A stretch of 64,000 bases of DNA from Candidatus Omnitrophota bacterium (GCA_035352955.1 DAOPYQ010000008.1:9701-73700); one strand, 5' to 3'. Shown: positions 10,173 to 19,817, counted from the stretch's first letter. Translations and numbers: made by a program. The notes: generated by a model not told the origin, from the letters alone.

Positions 10173-10232
10173 AACGCACAACGCTCAACACGCAATGCAA
10201 AAGCCTTTCCGCTGCGCGTTGAGCGTCGACCG
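10173..10232. repeat. GC-rich palindromic intergenic element, copy A (REP-like)
   Basis: ACGCTCAACACGCA...(17 nt)...GCTGCGCGTTGAGCGT forms a ~13 bp stem with one mismatch. Between the guaB-like stop and the guaA start. Confidence 0.45.
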
Positions 10233-10239
10233 TTGTTCG

Positions 10240-11400
10240 TTATTTACACATTCCGAGTTTTTGTGCGGACTGAAAAAGTTTTCCTTCGGTCTTGATGGCC
10301 GGAGCGATCACGATCTCGGTCAACTGCATCTCCCGGATGTTTTTCGCGCCAACATTCCCCATCGAAGTCTTGAGCGCCCCGACAAGGTTCTGTGTCCCAT
10401 CATCGAGCCGTGCGGGACCGTAAAGGATCTCTTCGAGCGAACCGGTCGTCCCGACGTGAATACGCGTCCCGCGAGGAAGATTCGCATGCGGCGTCGCCAT
10501 CCCCCAGTGAAAACCGCGGCCGGGCGCCTCTTTGGTCCTGGCAAACGCGGAACCGACCATCACACCGTCCGCACCGGAAGCGATCGATTTACAAATATCG
10601 CCGCCTGTGGACATCCCGCCGTCGGCGATAATGGAAACGTACTTTCCTGTTTTTTTATGGTAGTGTTCGCGCGCCGCGGCACAATCGGCGATCGCGGTCA
10701 CCTGCGGCACACCGATCCCGAGAACCCCACGGGTCGTACAAGCGGATCCGGGACCGATCCCGACGAGAAGACCCGCGCAACCGGTTTCGGCAAGTTCGAG
10801 AGCGACCTTGTAGGTCACGCAATTGCCGAGAATCACGGGAATCTTCGTTTTTTTGCAAAGTTTCGAAAAATCCACGACCTGATAGGCCTTGGAGATGTGG
10901 CGAACGGTCGTCACCGTGGACTGAACGACAAGGATATCGGCCCCCGCCTCTTCCACGATCTTGCCGAAACGTTCGGCCCTTTGCGGGATCGCACTCACGG
11001 CGCAAAGCACTTTTGCCTTTTTGATCTCCCGGACGCGCTTCACGATCAACTTTTCGCTGATGGGTTTTACATAAAGTTTCTGGACCAGTTGCGTCGCTTT
11101 CTCCGGCGTCGTTTTGGAGATTTCATCCAGGATCGCCTCATAATCATCGTAGCGGGTATAGATCCCCTCGAGATTGAGTACGGCCAAACCGCCGAGCTTT
11201 CCCATCGCGATCGCAAATTTCGGATCGACAACGCCGTCCATGGCCGACGCCAGGAACGGAATCGGAAGGGTCATCTTCCCCAAAGGCATCCGGATATCGA
11301 CTTCCTCGGGATTGATCGTAACATCTCCCGGCACCAACGCGATCTCATCAAATCCATAAGCGCGACGGGCCTTGCGGTCTTTACCGATAAAAACTGACAT
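10240..11400 (-). CDS. IMP dehydrogenase-family protein lacking the CBS pair (GuaB-related / GMP-reductase-like)
   Basis: IMPDH TIM-barrel motifs are present (catalytic-loop region [20 protein letters not shown]). It is only 386 aa and the CBS subdomain is absent. ATG at 11400 with AAGGAGGA 7 nt upstream. Confidence 0.8.
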   Translation of the reverse strand: MSVFIGKDRKARRAYGFDEIALVPGDVTINPEEVDIRMPLGKMTLPIPFLASAMDGVVDPKFAIAMGKLGGLAVLNLEGIYTRYDDYEAILDEISKTTPEKATQLVQKLYVKPISEKLIVKRVREIKKAKVLCAVSAIPQRAERFGKIVEEAGADILVVQSTVTTVRHISKAYQVVDFSKLCKKTKIPVILGNCVTYKVALELAETGCAGLLVGIGPGSACTTRGVLGIGVPQVTAIADCAAAREHYHKKTGKYVSIIADGGMSTGGDICKSIASGADGVMVGSAFARTKEAPGRGFHWGMATPHANLPRGTRIHVGTTGSLEEILYGPARLDDGTQNLVGALKTSMGNVGAKNIREMQLTEIVIAPAIKTEGKLFQSAQKLGMCK

Positions 11401-11436
11401 GGTGGATCCTCCTTAGGTGGTGATGGCTGAAATGAA

Positions 11437-11480
11437 AAAAGGCGCAAAGACGAACGCTCGCTGCGTTCCCTTGCGCCCTT
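11437..11480. repeat. GC-rich nested hairpin, copy B (related?)
   Basis: AAAGGCGCAAAGACGAACGCTCGCTGCGTTCCCTTGCGCCCTT: inner GAACGC/GCGTTC and outer GGCGCAA/TTGCGCC stems. In the divergent region between the guaB-like gene and the SurA_N gene. Confidence 0.35.
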
Positions 11481-11564
11481 GAAATATGCTGGATGGATAA
11501 TGTTTCGTGTCCCATTTGCGGTATCATACTAAAGCGTCTTTTTCTTGTCAACGCACGAAAACAG

Positions 11565-11612
11565 CTCAACGCGCAACGCACAGCGAGTCCTTTTTTCCGT
11601 TGCGCGTTGCCC
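11565..11612. repeat. GC-rich palindromic intergenic element, copy C (REP-like)
   Basis: Perfect 12 bp inverted repeat CAACGCGCAACG (11568..11579) / CGTTGCGCGTTG (11598..11609) with a 19 nt T-rich loop. Preceded by GCTCAACGCG as in copies A and E. Confidence 0.5.
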
Positions 11613-11668
11613 GACGCGCCCTTCTTGCTTGTGCTTTTACGAGCAGGTGTGCTACATTATCCGCCATC

Positions 11669-12313
11669 ATGCTGAAGATTTTCCGCAAATATACCAAAGT
11701 CATTATCTGGATCGTCGTCGTCTCTTTTGTCCTTTGGGGCGGCTATTCGATCAGCGCGATGAAAAAAGAGGGCCGCTTTGCCGGCGAGGTCTTCGGCAAG
11801 ATCGTCACCTTCCAGGAATTCAACCGGTTTTACCGCGCCACCCAAATCTTCATGCCTTCGAAGGAACCGGTGAAAGACCCCGACCTTCTCCGCAACTACA
11901 CCTGGCAGAACATCGTTTATTCCCGGGAAGCCCAACGCGAAGGCCTCAAGGTGACCGATGAAGAGGTCCGCGGAGAGATCTCAAACATCCTTAATCAGCA
12001 GGGGCTCATCAACCCGACCCCGGAACAATATAAGGTCTGGTTGACCCGGGCCCTGCAGATGTCCCCTCGCGAATTCGAAGAAGGCCTGCGGGAATTCATC
12101 CGGATCCAGAAATTGCTCCAGGGCAAGATTCCTGCCCCTGCGGTCCCTGAAGCCGGCAAGCCCGTCGACAAAAAGGCGGAAGCAGAAGCTTTCGCGAAGC
12201 AAAAAGAAGTATTCATGAAGTGGACCGACGAGCTGAATAAAAATTCCGGTTTCAAGGATTATCTCGCCGTCCAGCAGGGATCGACCGAACCCTCCGAACC
12301 GCCTCAGAGCTGA
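11669..12313 (+). CDS. SurA N-terminal-domain periplasmic chaperone-like protein (PpiD/SurA_N type, no PPIase domain)
   Basis: N-terminus MLKIFRKYTKVIIWIVVVSFVLWG (signal-anchor helix). Then VTDEEVRGEISNIL...PEQYKVWLTRALQMSPREFEEGLREFIRIQKLL, typical of SurA_N. The ATG at 11669 is chosen because the track start at 11507 would read through a palindromic repeat. No SD upstream. Confidence 0.6.
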   Translation: MLKIFRKYTKVIIWIVVVSFVLWGGYSISAMKKEGRFAGEVFGKIVTFQEFNRFYRATQIFMPSKEPVKDPDLLRNYTWQNIVYSREAQREGLKVTDEEVRGEISNILNQQGLINPTPEQYKVWLTRALQMSPREFEEGLREFIRIQKLLQGKIPAPAVPEAGKPVDKKAEAEAFAKQKEVFMKWTDELNKNSGFKDYLAVQQGSTEPSEPPQS

Positions 12314-12316
12314 TCC

Positions 12317-13369
12317 ATGACGAAAAAAACCGTTGAAGAATTCGCGAAGCTTGTCGGTGGAACCGTTATCGGGGACGGAAGGCTCCTGATCGAGGGGATC
12401 ACGAATTTCGAAAATCCGCTGAAGGGTCACCTCTCTTTCGTCCAGGACGAAAAAGGCTTCAAGATCCTCGAAACCTCCGAGATCGCCTGCATGATCGTTC
12501 CGAAACAAATCCAGCGATCCTCCAAAGTCCTGATCCAGGTCGATCATCCCAAACGGGCGTGGGCCGCACTTCTCCGGGAACTCTTTCCCCCCCGAAAATT
12601 CATCCCTGGGATCTCCCCGCAAGCTTCCGTCGCGAAATCCGCGAAATTGGGGCAGAACGTCACGATTGAGGCCTTCGTTTGTATCGGAGAAAATTCCGTC
12701 ATCGGCGACGGAACGGTTGTGAGATCGAGCGCTTTTATCGATGAGAATGTCAAAACCGGTGCGAACTGCGTCATTCATCCGAACGTAACGATCTACCGGG
12801 ACACCGAGCTCGGCGCGAACGTCATCCTCCACGCGGGTTCCGTGATTGGCGCGGACGGGTTCGGCTATGTCGCAACCGCGACCGCACACGAAAAGCTCCC
12901 CCAGATCGGCAATGTTGTGATCGAAGATGACGTGGAGATCGGATCCTGTTCGACGATCGACCGCGCAGCGATCGGTTCCACTCGCATCGGCAGAGGCTGC
13001 AAGATCGACAATCTCGTCCAGGTCGCGCACAACGTGCAGATCGGCCCGCACACCGTCATTTCCGCGCAAACCGGCATCTCCGGCAGTTGCAAGATCGGCT
13101 CTCATGTCACGATGGGCGGCAGTGTCGGGGTCGGGGATCACGTGGAGATCGGCGACTGGGCCATGATCGGCGCCGGCGCGGGGTTCCCTTCTAACAAGAA
13201 AGTCCCTGGTAAACAGATCTATTTCGGCCAGCCTGCCCGTCCTTACGCAGAAATGAGAAAACAGTTCGGTGCGCAGCTCCGCTCCGCCGAAACGTTGGAT
13301 GACGTCCGCGCCCTCAAGAAAAAAGTCGCGGAACTCGAAAAGAGACTAGAAGAAACTTCTCAGAAGTAA
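12317..13369 (+). CDS. lpxD: UDP-3-O-acylglucosamine N-acyltransferase LpxD
   Basis: Left-handed beta-helix hexapeptide repeats throughout ([43 protein letters not shown]...). 350 aa. The start overlaps the upstream stop (ATGA-type junction at 12311..12319). Confidence 0.9.
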   Translation: MTKKTVEEFAKLVGGTVIGDGRLLIEGITNFENPLKGHLSFVQDEKGFKILETSEIACMIVPKQIQRSSKVLIQVDHPKRAWAALLRELFPPRKFIPGISPQASVAKSAKLGQNVTIEAFVCIGENSVIGDGTVVRSSAFIDENVKTGANCVIHPNVTIYRDTELGANVILHAGSVIGADGFGYVATATAHEKLPQIGNVVIEDDVEIGSCSTIDRAAIGSTRIGRGCKIDNLVQVAHNVQIGPHTVISAQTGISGSCKIGSHVTMGGSVGVGDHVEIGDWAMIGAGAGFPSNKKVPGKQIYFGQPARPYAEMRKQFGAQLRSAETLDDVRALKKKVAELEKRLEETSQK

Positions 13370-13376
13370 TCCCCTG

Positions 13377-13433
13377 CCAGCGCAACGGACAACGCGCAGC
13401 GTAAAGATCTTTTCGTGAAACGTTGCGCGAATC
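13377..13433. terminator. GC-rich palindromic element copy D, placed as a candidate bidirectional terminator between convergent lpxD and folE
   Basis: GCGCAACG (13380..13387)...ACAACGCGCAGCG...CGTTGCGC (13421..13428). Fills essentially the whole 64 nt lpxD-folE spacer. No clean U-tract. Confidence 0.4.
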
Positions 13434-14024
13434 TTACTCTTCCCTTTTTAGCCGGATTAGGCTAAGGAATTCGCTGCGGGAGCGGGCGTCTTTGCGGAAG
13501 GCCCCAAGCATGGAGCTCGTAATCGTGTACGCGTCGGCCTTTTTAACACCCCGCATAGACATGCATAGATGTAAAGCCTCGATCACAACCGCGACGCCCT
13601 TCGGTTTTAACGCGTCCATCATGCATTCGGCAATCTGGGTCGTAAGGCGCTCCTGGACCTGAAGACGCCGCGAGAACACTTCGACAAGGCGCGGGATCTT
13701 CGAAAGACCGATGATCTTTCCGTTGGGGATATAGGCGATATGGGCCTTGCCATAGAATGGCAGAAGGTGATGCTCGCAAAGCGAAAAGATCTCGATGTCT
13801 TTCACGATCACCATCTCGTCGTAGGGCTCTTTGAAAACCGCATGCGCGAGGATCGCTTTGGGATCCATTTGATAGCCCTCGGTCAGATAGTGGAGAGATT
13901 TGGCCACACGGACTGGCGTCCGCTGAAGCCCTTCACGTTTCGGATTCTCGCCCAAAAGACCCAATAATTCCGCAACAAGTTTTGGAAACCGTTCTTCTGA
14001 ATCGATCATCTTCTGCTTTGCCAT
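13434..14024 (-). CDS. folE: GTP cyclohydrolase I FolE
   Basis: [56 protein letters not shown] matches the FolE active-site region (CEHH). The ATG at 14024 with GGGAGAG SD is preferred over the GTG at 14057. Confidence 0.9.
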   Translation of the reverse strand: MAKQKMIDSEERFPKLVAELLGLLGENPKREGLQRTPVRVAKSLHYLTEGYQMDPKAILAHAVFKEPYDEMVIVKDIEIFSLCEHHLLPFYGKAHIAYIPNGKIIGLSKIPRLVEVFSRRLQVQERLTTQIAECMMDALKPKGVAVVIEALHLCMSMRGVKKADAYTITSSMLGAFRKDARSRSEFLSLIRLKREE

Positions 14025-14074
14025 AAATTCGCTCTCCCTGAGGAAAACAGGCGCCACTTACTGGAGCCAGTCCC

Positions 14075-15106
14075 CTATTTCAATGATTTTCGAACTGCTT
14101 CCGCAATCTTGATAAAACGCCCGCTTACCAACCCCTGGGAATCCTCCTGAACCACCGGCAGCCCTGAATCTCCGCACTCGCGGATCCGGGCCTCCAACGG
14201 AATGTCCCCCAAGAACGGGATTTGAAAAACCCCGGCCATGGTCTCGCCACCGCCTTTGCCAAAAATAGCGCCGGTCATATTTTCGACCACTCCGAGGATC
14301 GGGATCTCAAGCTGGCGGAACATATTCACCGCCTTCCGCACATCGGCAAGCGCCACTTCCTGCGGAGTCGATACGATCACGACCCCGGACAAATTCACCC
14401 ACTGGGCGAGCGAAAGCTGAATGTCCCCCGTTCCCGGCGGAAGATCCACCACCAGAAAATCCAGCTCCCCCCAATCCACTTTATGGAGAAACTGTTCGAT
14501 CGTCTTGTGAAGAAGCGGTCCCCGCCAGATCACCGGCTGCTCGGGATTCGCAAAAAAACCGATCGAGATCGTCGGCATCCCGTGCGCTTCGACCGGGAGG
14601 ATCCTTCCGTCCGCGGTCCCGTTCGGCCGTTTCTCCGAAGGGATCCCGAGCATGATCGGGATATTCGGCCCGTAAATATCCCCGTCCATGAGCCCGACCT
14701 TTGTTCCAAGCTTTTTGAGAGCGAACGCGAGATTCACAGCCACCGTCGATTTCCCGACACCGCCCTTCCCGCTCGCCACGGCGATCACATACTTGACCCC
14801 CGGAATAGATTTTACCGCGGCAGATTCCCCTGCTGCGGCGGCACCGCAACGCGCCCGGGAAGAAAAATGGATCGTTACCGCATCAACGCCTTCAAGGGAA
14901 CCGAGGACTTGCTCGATCCGGCTACGGAGCGCCGTCTGGATCAAAGAATCCTCCGACGCCTCCAGGTGAAGAAAAACATGTTCGCCGTCGATCGCAATTT
15001 CGCGAACGATCCCGAGTGAGATGATGTCCTCTCTCAGGACCGGCTCTTCGACATGCTTGAGATATTCGATGATCTTTTCGCGGGTGATCTTATTAAAAGT
15101 GGTCAT
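14075..15106 (-). CDS. apbC: Mrp/NBP35/ApbC Fe-S cluster carrier ATPase
   Basis: N-terminal DUF59-like segment. Deviant Walker A VASGKGGVGKSTVAVNLA. CxxC region. 343 aa. Confidence 0.9.
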   Translation of the reverse strand: MTTFNKITREKIIEYLKHVEEPVLREDIISLGIVREIAIDGEHVFLHLEASEDSLIQTALRSRIEQVLGSLEGVDAVTIHFSSRARCGAAAAGESAAVKSIPGVKYVIAVASGKGGVGKSTVAVNLAFALKKLGTKVGLMDGDIYGPNIPIMLGIPSEKRPNGTADGRILPVEAHGMPTISIGFFANPEQPVIWRGPLLHKTIEQFLHKVDWGELDFLVVDLPPGTGDIQLSLAQWVNLSGVVIVSTPQEVALADVRKAVNMFRQLEIPILGVVENMTGAIFGKGGGETMAGVFQIPFLGDIPLEARIRECGDSGLPVVQEDSQGLVSGRFIKIAEAVRKSLK

Positions 15107-15110
15107 AACT

Positions 15111-16022
15111 TCAAACGTTTCCCTTGGGCGCCTCGCTCGCCGACGGCTTCAGAAGGATCCACACAAGCGCCGTCATAAGGATCAGGAATCCCCATCCGAG
15201 GATCCCGTCATAAAGGATCTTGGAGCCCCAGAAAAGCGACCATTTCTGGTGCTGCTTCATAAAAATATCATCCAACCGGACAAAAAAAACACAACCCGCG
15301 TGAAGCCCGATCGACGCATAAAGCGACCCGCTCCGGTAGGCCGCCGTGTTCAGAGCCCACCCAAAAAAGAACAGCCCCACCGCCTGCGGCCAGAACTTCG
15401 GCCATGCGGCCAGAGACAGGAACGGCGCCGTCATTAGGCGAAAACTATCGACCACCGAAGGGGTCTGATCCACAAAGATCTTCTTGATCCCGATGAAATG
15501 GATGAGGGAATAAAAAACCGTCGTGACCAGAATGCTCAGAAACACACGGTTCCCGAAAGTTTTGAGAAGCGACCGGAACACGAATCCGCGAAAAAAGAAC
15601 TCCTCCATAATCCCGATCAAAAGCCCCGTCGCGAGCGCCGCAAGGATCTTCCCGCCCCAGACCACCCACGGGAACGAATCCGGCGCGAAAACCGCCTGCC
15701 CCGCATAAACCCGCAAAGCGCCGACACTTCCCAAGAGAACGAGCCCCGTAAAAAAACCTGTTTTAAAAAGACCCAAGCTCCGCGTATTCCAAAGTAATCC
15801 GAACCGCACCAGCGTCTCCTTACGGATACGAACAAACAAAACGGCGGCCACAAGCGTCCCGATCATCACGATCCGCTGGAAGACCCGTTCGAACTTGTAG
15901 ATCTTGTCGAACCCGAAAAGCCCGAGGAATTTCGGCAGCCAGACATAGAAGAACGGAGCGAGGACCGCGCTCAAAAGAAGGATCACCGCAAAAATGAGAA
16001 CGAATTTAAAAAAACCTTTCAT
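15111..16022 (-). CDS. CPBP-family intramembrane metalloprotease (CAAX protease / Abi-like)
   Basis: Polytopic membrane protein with the CPBP motif EEFFFRGFVF, a downstream HFIGI-type motif and a second conserved His region. 303 aa. Confidence 0.75.
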   Translation of the reverse strand: MKGFFKFVLIFAVILLLSAVLAPFFYVWLPKFLGLFGFDKIYKFERVFQRIVMIGTLVAAVLFVRIRKETLVRFGLLWNTRSLGLFKTGFFTGLVLLGSVGALRVYAGQAVFAPDSFPWVVWGGKILAALATGLLIGIMEEFFFRGFVFRSLLKTFGNRVFLSILVTTVFYSLIHFIGIKKIFVDQTPSVVDSFRLMTAPFLSLAAWPKFWPQAVGLFFFGWALNTAAYRSGSLYASIGLHAGCVFFVRLDDIFMKQHQKWSLFWGSKILYDGILGWGFLILMTALVWILLKPSASEAPKGNV

Positions 16023-16081
16023 GATTTCCTTTCTTTCTTGGAGGGAGAAACATTCTTTTTCTTAAAATGAGCCATTTCTTA

Positions 16082-16537
16082 TCATTTCAACTCAAGCACC
16101 AGTTCGATCTCGACCGCGGCATTCATGGGAAGACTTGCGACACCGACCGCGGACCGGGCATGCGTCCCCTGTTCCCCAAAAACATCGCCCAAAAGCCCGG
16201 AGGCTCCATTCACAACGGCCGGGATCTCATAAAAATCCGGCGCAGCCTGAACAAAACCGGTCATTTTTACGACCCGGGCGATCTTTTCGAACCCGATAAG
16301 ATGCTTCATAACGCTAAGCGAATTCAGCGCCGCAAGACGCGCGGCCTTCTGGCCCTCTTCCAGCGACAGATCCCTGCCGACCTTTCCAGCCAGGACTTTC
16401 CCGTCCGCGTCTTTCGAGACCTGCCCGCTCAGGAAAGCCAGCTTCCCGGACACTACCACAGGTTGATAAAGCCCTACGGGTTTCGGCGCCAGAGGCAATT
16501 GCAGACCTATTTCTTTAATCTTGGAATCTACATCCAT
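16082..16537 (-). CDS. ridA: RidA/YjgF-family reactive-intermediate deaminase
   Basis: 151 aa. Conserved PAR...V.V..LP (ARSAVGVASLP) C-terminal signature and chorismate-mutase-like fold motifs. Confidence 0.8.
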   Translation of the reverse strand: MDVDSKIKEIGLQLPLAPKPVGLYQPVVVSGKLAFLSGQVSKDADGKVLAGKVGRDLSLEEGQKAARLAALNSLSVMKHLIGFEKIARVVKMTGFVQAAPDFYEIPAVVNGASGLLGDVFGEQGTHARSAVGVASLPMNAAVEIELVLELK

Positions 16538-16583
16538 GAGGAAATTTCTCTCCGAATCTTCCGCCGGTATAACAGGGACCGCG

Positions 16584-17291
16584 TCACTTGCGCCCTATAA
16601 TAAGCGTAGCAGTCCCAAAAGAAAAGGATTTCGTGGAAAGCTCAGAAAAACCCGCTTTTTCCATCCTCTCCATGACCACGGAGGGAGACTGGAAATGCCG
16701 CACGGACTCCGACAGGAACCGATAGGCGGTGTCGTTCCCGGAAACCCAACGCCCCACAAGCGGCAGGTAAATTTTCACGTACGGGATAAAGAAAAGTTTG
16801 AGAAGGAAGTTCCGGGGCCGGGTCAGCTCAAGAAAGGCCACTCTTCCTCCCGGTTTCAGAACGCGGAAAATCCCGCCAAGGAATCGCGGCATATCCTGTA
16901 CGCTGCGGAGCGTGAACGCGGAAAGAATCAGATCAAAGCTGGCGTCCGGGAACGAAAGCTCATGGAAATCCCCGGCCTGAAGTTCCACCGGCAGCGGTAA
17001 TTTCATCCTTGCTCGTTCGAGCATCGCCGTCGAAAAATCCAGGCCCACGGCCCTCGTCCAGGGTTTTACTTCCATAAAGCACTTAAGGAAATCCCCCGTG
17101 CCGACCCCGAGGTCCAAGATCGAATCCCCGGAGAGAAGATGTTCGCGCTCCAAAACGTCTTTGGCCTTCTGTCTCCAACCGTCCGAGGCGCCCAAACTCA
17201 GGATCCGATTCAGAAGGTCATAGCGCGGGCTGATCGAATCGAACGTCCTGCAGATAAAATCCTTATCCGGTGCCACGTAAGACTTCGTCAT
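16584..17291 (-). CDS. ubiE: Demethylmenaquinone/ubiquinone C-methyltransferase MenG/UbiE
   Basis: FDSISPRYDLLNRILSLG...ILDLGVGTGD (SAM motif I)...LKPGGRVAFLE. This is the classic UbiE/MenG architecture. The 4 nt overlap with the upstream GNAT is an ATGA junction. Confidence 0.8.
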   Translation of the reverse strand: MTKSYVAPDKDFICRTFDSISPRYDLLNRILSLGASDGWRQKAKDVLEREHLLSGDSILDLGVGTGDFLKCFMEVKPWTRAVGLDFSTAMLERARMKLPLPVELQAGDFHELSFPDASFDLILSAFTLRSVQDMPRFLGGIFRVLKPGGRVAFLELTRPRNFLLKLFFIPYVKIYLPLVGRWVSGNDTAYRFLSESVRHFQSPSVVMERMEKAGFSELSTKSFSFGTATLIIGRK

Positions 17292-17788
17292 GACACAAGG
17301 CCCTTTTCCATCCGGTAGTCATCCAGGAAAAACCCGCCGCCGATATCCTGCGTCACAGATTCAACGTTCTTGAAGCCCATTCCCTCATACGCCCGGATCG
17401 CGGCAATATTTTTCTTGTTCACCGCCAGAACAACCTTACGAAACCCTTTCTTCCTGGCTAACCCTACCGCAAAAGCCATGACTTTCCCTCCGTAACCTTT
17501 CCCGCGGACCGGCGCACGAAGGTAGATCTTACTCAAAAACAGCTCCCTCTTTTCCTCCCTCGGGAGGATCCCAAGATACCCTTCCTCTTGGCCGTCGATC
17601 TGAATCAGATAATAGAAAAACCCTTCCTCAAGCTGCTCCGCAATGGCTTCCTTCGACTGAAATTTCTTGAGCATGTATTCGACTTGCGCCACGCCAACGA
17701 TCGGGGGATAGTGCTCACGCCATATCTCCTGCGCGAGCTTCTCCACCCGGCTGAGGGAGTCCCCAGCCAACGCTTGCGTAATGATCAT
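17288..17788 (-). CDS. GNAT-family N-acetyltransferase
   Basis: Acetyl-CoA binding motif RGKGYGGKVMAFAVGLARKKGFRKVVLAVNKKNIAAIRAYEGMGF. The internal ATG at 17788 forms an ATGA overlap with the upstream stop, which the track start at 17800 would not. Confidence 0.7.
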   Translation of the reverse strand: MIITQALAGDSLSRVEKLAQEIWREHYPPIVGVAQVEYMLKKFQSKEAIAEQLEEGFFYYLIQIDGQEEGYLGILPREEKRELFLSKIYLRAPVRGKGYGGKVMAFAVGLARKKGFRKVVLAVNKKNIAAIRAYEGMGFKNVESVTQDIGGGFFLDDYRMEKGLVS

Positions 17789-18921
17789 CGTTCCAGCCAT
17801 GGTTCCTCGAATCTCTTTACGACATCGTAATTTGTGTCGCGCTGGACCGGCACAAAACCGGCATCTTGGATAAGACGGATTAGGTCCTCCCGCCGCGTAT
17901 TCACCTTAATACCCGTAGGTTCAAGCACCTTATCCTCGAACAAGGTGCCGCCCATGTCGTCGCAGCCGAATGCGAGTGCAATCTGTCCGAGCTTCAGACC
18001 CTCCGTGAGCCAACCACTCTGAATGTGATCAAAATTATCCAGCATGAGCCGCGAGATCGCGACGGTTTTCAGGTAATCATCCCCTCCCGCAGACCTCACC
18101 CCCGCCAACACTCGGAGGCTGCCTTCGTGTTTCCGAGGTCCGACACCGGGTGCTGCATTCGGCTCAAAGTTCATGAAACTCCACGGGATAAACGCGCGGA
18201 ACCCGTGCGTCAGGTCCTGCAACTCGCGAAGCCGGATCAAATGTTCGATCCTTTCCTCCTTTGTTTCAAGATGCCCAAACACCATCGTGGCAGTCGTTTT
18301 GAAACCGGCTTCATGCGCGGTCTTCATCACTTCGAGCCAACGATCGGAAGATATCTTCCTGGGACTGATCAATTTACGGACCCGTTCCACGAGGATCTCC
18401 GCCCCGCCGCCGGGAAGCGAATTCAGCCCCGCCTCTTTGAACCTCCGGAAAAGATCCGGCAAAGGGATACCCGATCTTTGTGAAAGCACGTCCATTTCAA
18501 TGGCAGAAAAAGAATGGATATGGATCTTGGAAAATTTCTCACGGATCGCGCAAACGATATCCAGATAGTAGTCAAACCGGAGATCGGGATGGATACCGCC
18601 CTGGATCAGGACCTGCGTTCCGCCAAGATCCGAAAGCTCCTGTACTTTAGCGAGGATCTGTTCCTTGGAAAGGATATACGCCCCGGAAGCTCCCGGCACG
18701 CAATGGAACGCACAAAATTCGCAACCGATCGTGCAGACATTGGTGTAACTGATGTTGCGGTCCACCACGAAAGTCACGGCATCCCGGAAAAGCCTCGGCG
18801 TAACCGCCTGGGCGGCCTTCCCAAGCGCGAGAAGATCACAAGTATAAAGCCGGACGCCGTCCTCCAATGTGAGACGTTCGCCTCGAATGCGCTTCTCCAG
18901 GATTTTATCGTGAATATCCAT
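17785..18921 (-). CDS. Radical-SAM menaquinone (futalosine-pathway) enzyme, MqnE/MqnC (CofH-like) family
   Basis: CTIGCEFCAF cluster motif. TIM-barrel radical-SAM fold of ~378 aa. IHIHSFSAIE and GFKTTATMVFGHLET resemble MqnE/MqnC/CofH. I cannot distinguish MqnE from MqnC by eye. Confidence 0.75.
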   Translation of the reverse strand: MDIHDKILEKRIRGERLTLEDGVRLYTCDLLALGKAAQAVTPRLFRDAVTFVVDRNISYTNVCTIGCEFCAFHCVPGASGAYILSKEQILAKVQELSDLGGTQVLIQGGIHPDLRFDYYLDIVCAIREKFSKIHIHSFSAIEMDVLSQRSGIPLPDLFRRFKEAGLNSLPGGGAEILVERVRKLISPRKISSDRWLEVMKTAHEAGFKTTATMVFGHLETKEERIEHLIRLRELQDLTHGFRAFIPWSFMNFEPNAAPGVGPRKHEGSLRVLAGVRSAGGDDYLKTVAISRLMLDNFDHIQSGWLTEGLKLGQIALAFGCDDMGGTLFEDKVLEPTGIKVNTRREDLIRLIQDAGFVPVQRDTNYDVVKRFEEPWLER

Positions 18922-18971
18922 TCAAACTCCCAAGGAGACCGGGACTTTTTCTCAAAAAGAACCTGCCCCTA

Positions 18972-19817
18972 TCATTCGAGAAATCTCAACGGCTGCGGCA
19001 ACGGTGAAAGCCCTTGTTCGTGAGCCAGCTCAAAAAAACGCGCGACCCCTTCGTTCATGTCAGAGGTCAACTCATACTGAAGATTCACGAAATAACCGAG
19101 CAACTGGCAGAACCGCCGGTCGTCAGGCGTGATCTCGAGCGCCTGTTTCAACAACCCCTCCGGATCGCTCAGGTTCTTCAGAAGATTTTCCCTAAGAAGG
19201 TCCCGGAAAGCCGCCACCTGCACGGGATATTGCTCCGCGGCCGCTTTACGGACGGCCCAAAGGGCGAACACGAACGGCTTGCCGGTCCATTGCTGCCACA
19301 ATTCCGCAAGATCATACTTGTAAACCATGTCTTTGGGCTGGCAAAAAAGCGCCTGATCCCCGATCACGATCGCCGCCGGATACTTCTGAAGCATGGCTTC
19401 GGGATTCTGCTCCACGGTTTCGAAAGTGTTCGTAAAATCATACCGCCCTTTGAGCAGAATCCGCGCGAGCGTCACGGAACTCAGGCTTTCTTTCGAAAGT
19501 GCGATGACGGCACCATCGAGGGTTTCGAGCTTTTTCCTCGAAAGCAGTAGGACACTCCTTGAAAAGAGCCTCGCGCCGATCCCGAAGCCCAGGAGAAGAT
19601 AATCGTCCTGATGCTGGAGGTATTCCATGGACGAAATGGGAGCCAGATCAATCTCGCCGCGCTGCATCGCATCGTTGATCGCCGCGGGATACGTTTCGAG
19701 GAAGCTCACACCCTGCTCCCACTCTTTTCCCTTGAGCGTTTCTGCGAGTCCGAAATAGAACGGCAGACAATTGAGGTAGCGGATCTTTCCGATCCGGAGT
19801 TGGGTCTGCGTGGTCAT
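18972..19817 (-). CDS. mqnA: Chorismate dehydratase MqnA (futalosine pathway)
   Basis: LRIGKIRYLNCLPFYFGL is the MqnA/MqnD N-terminal motif. Periplasmic-binding-protein-like fold length. The ATG at 19817 overlaps the UbiX stop as ATGA. Confidence 0.75.
   Translation of the reverse strand: MTTQTQLRIGKIRYLNCLPFYFGLAETLKGKEWEQGVSFLETYPAAINDAMQRGEIDLAPISSMEYLQHQDDYLLLGFGIGARLFSRSVLLLSRKKLETLDGAVIALSKESLSSVTLARILLKGRYDFTNTFETVEQNPEAMLQKYPAAIVIGDQALFCQPKDMVYKYDLAELWQQWTGKPFVFALWAVRKAAAEQYPVQVAAFRDLLRENLLKNLSDPEGLLKQALEITPDDRRFCQLLGYFVNLQYELTSDMNEGVARFFELAHEQGLSPLPQPLRFLE

Noticed and set aside
9976-11397. Plus-strand 473 aa ORF antisense to the IMPDH-family gene
   Set aside because: It is a shadow ORF. 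The minus frame carries complete IMPDH motifs and a strong RBS.
11507-11668. Track start (GTG 11507) for the SurA_N gene
   Set aside because: It would translate through palindromic repeat copy C. The conserved N-terminus MLKIFRKY... begins at the ATG at 11669.
11981-13141. Minus-strand 386 aa ORF overlapping lpxD
   Set aside because: It is antisense to the hexapeptide-repeat LpxD frame. The product is Asp/Arg-rich low complexity.
14222-15019. Plus-strand 265 aa ORF within mrp/apbC
   Set aside because: It is antisense to a gene with a clear deviant Walker A. It has no motifs.
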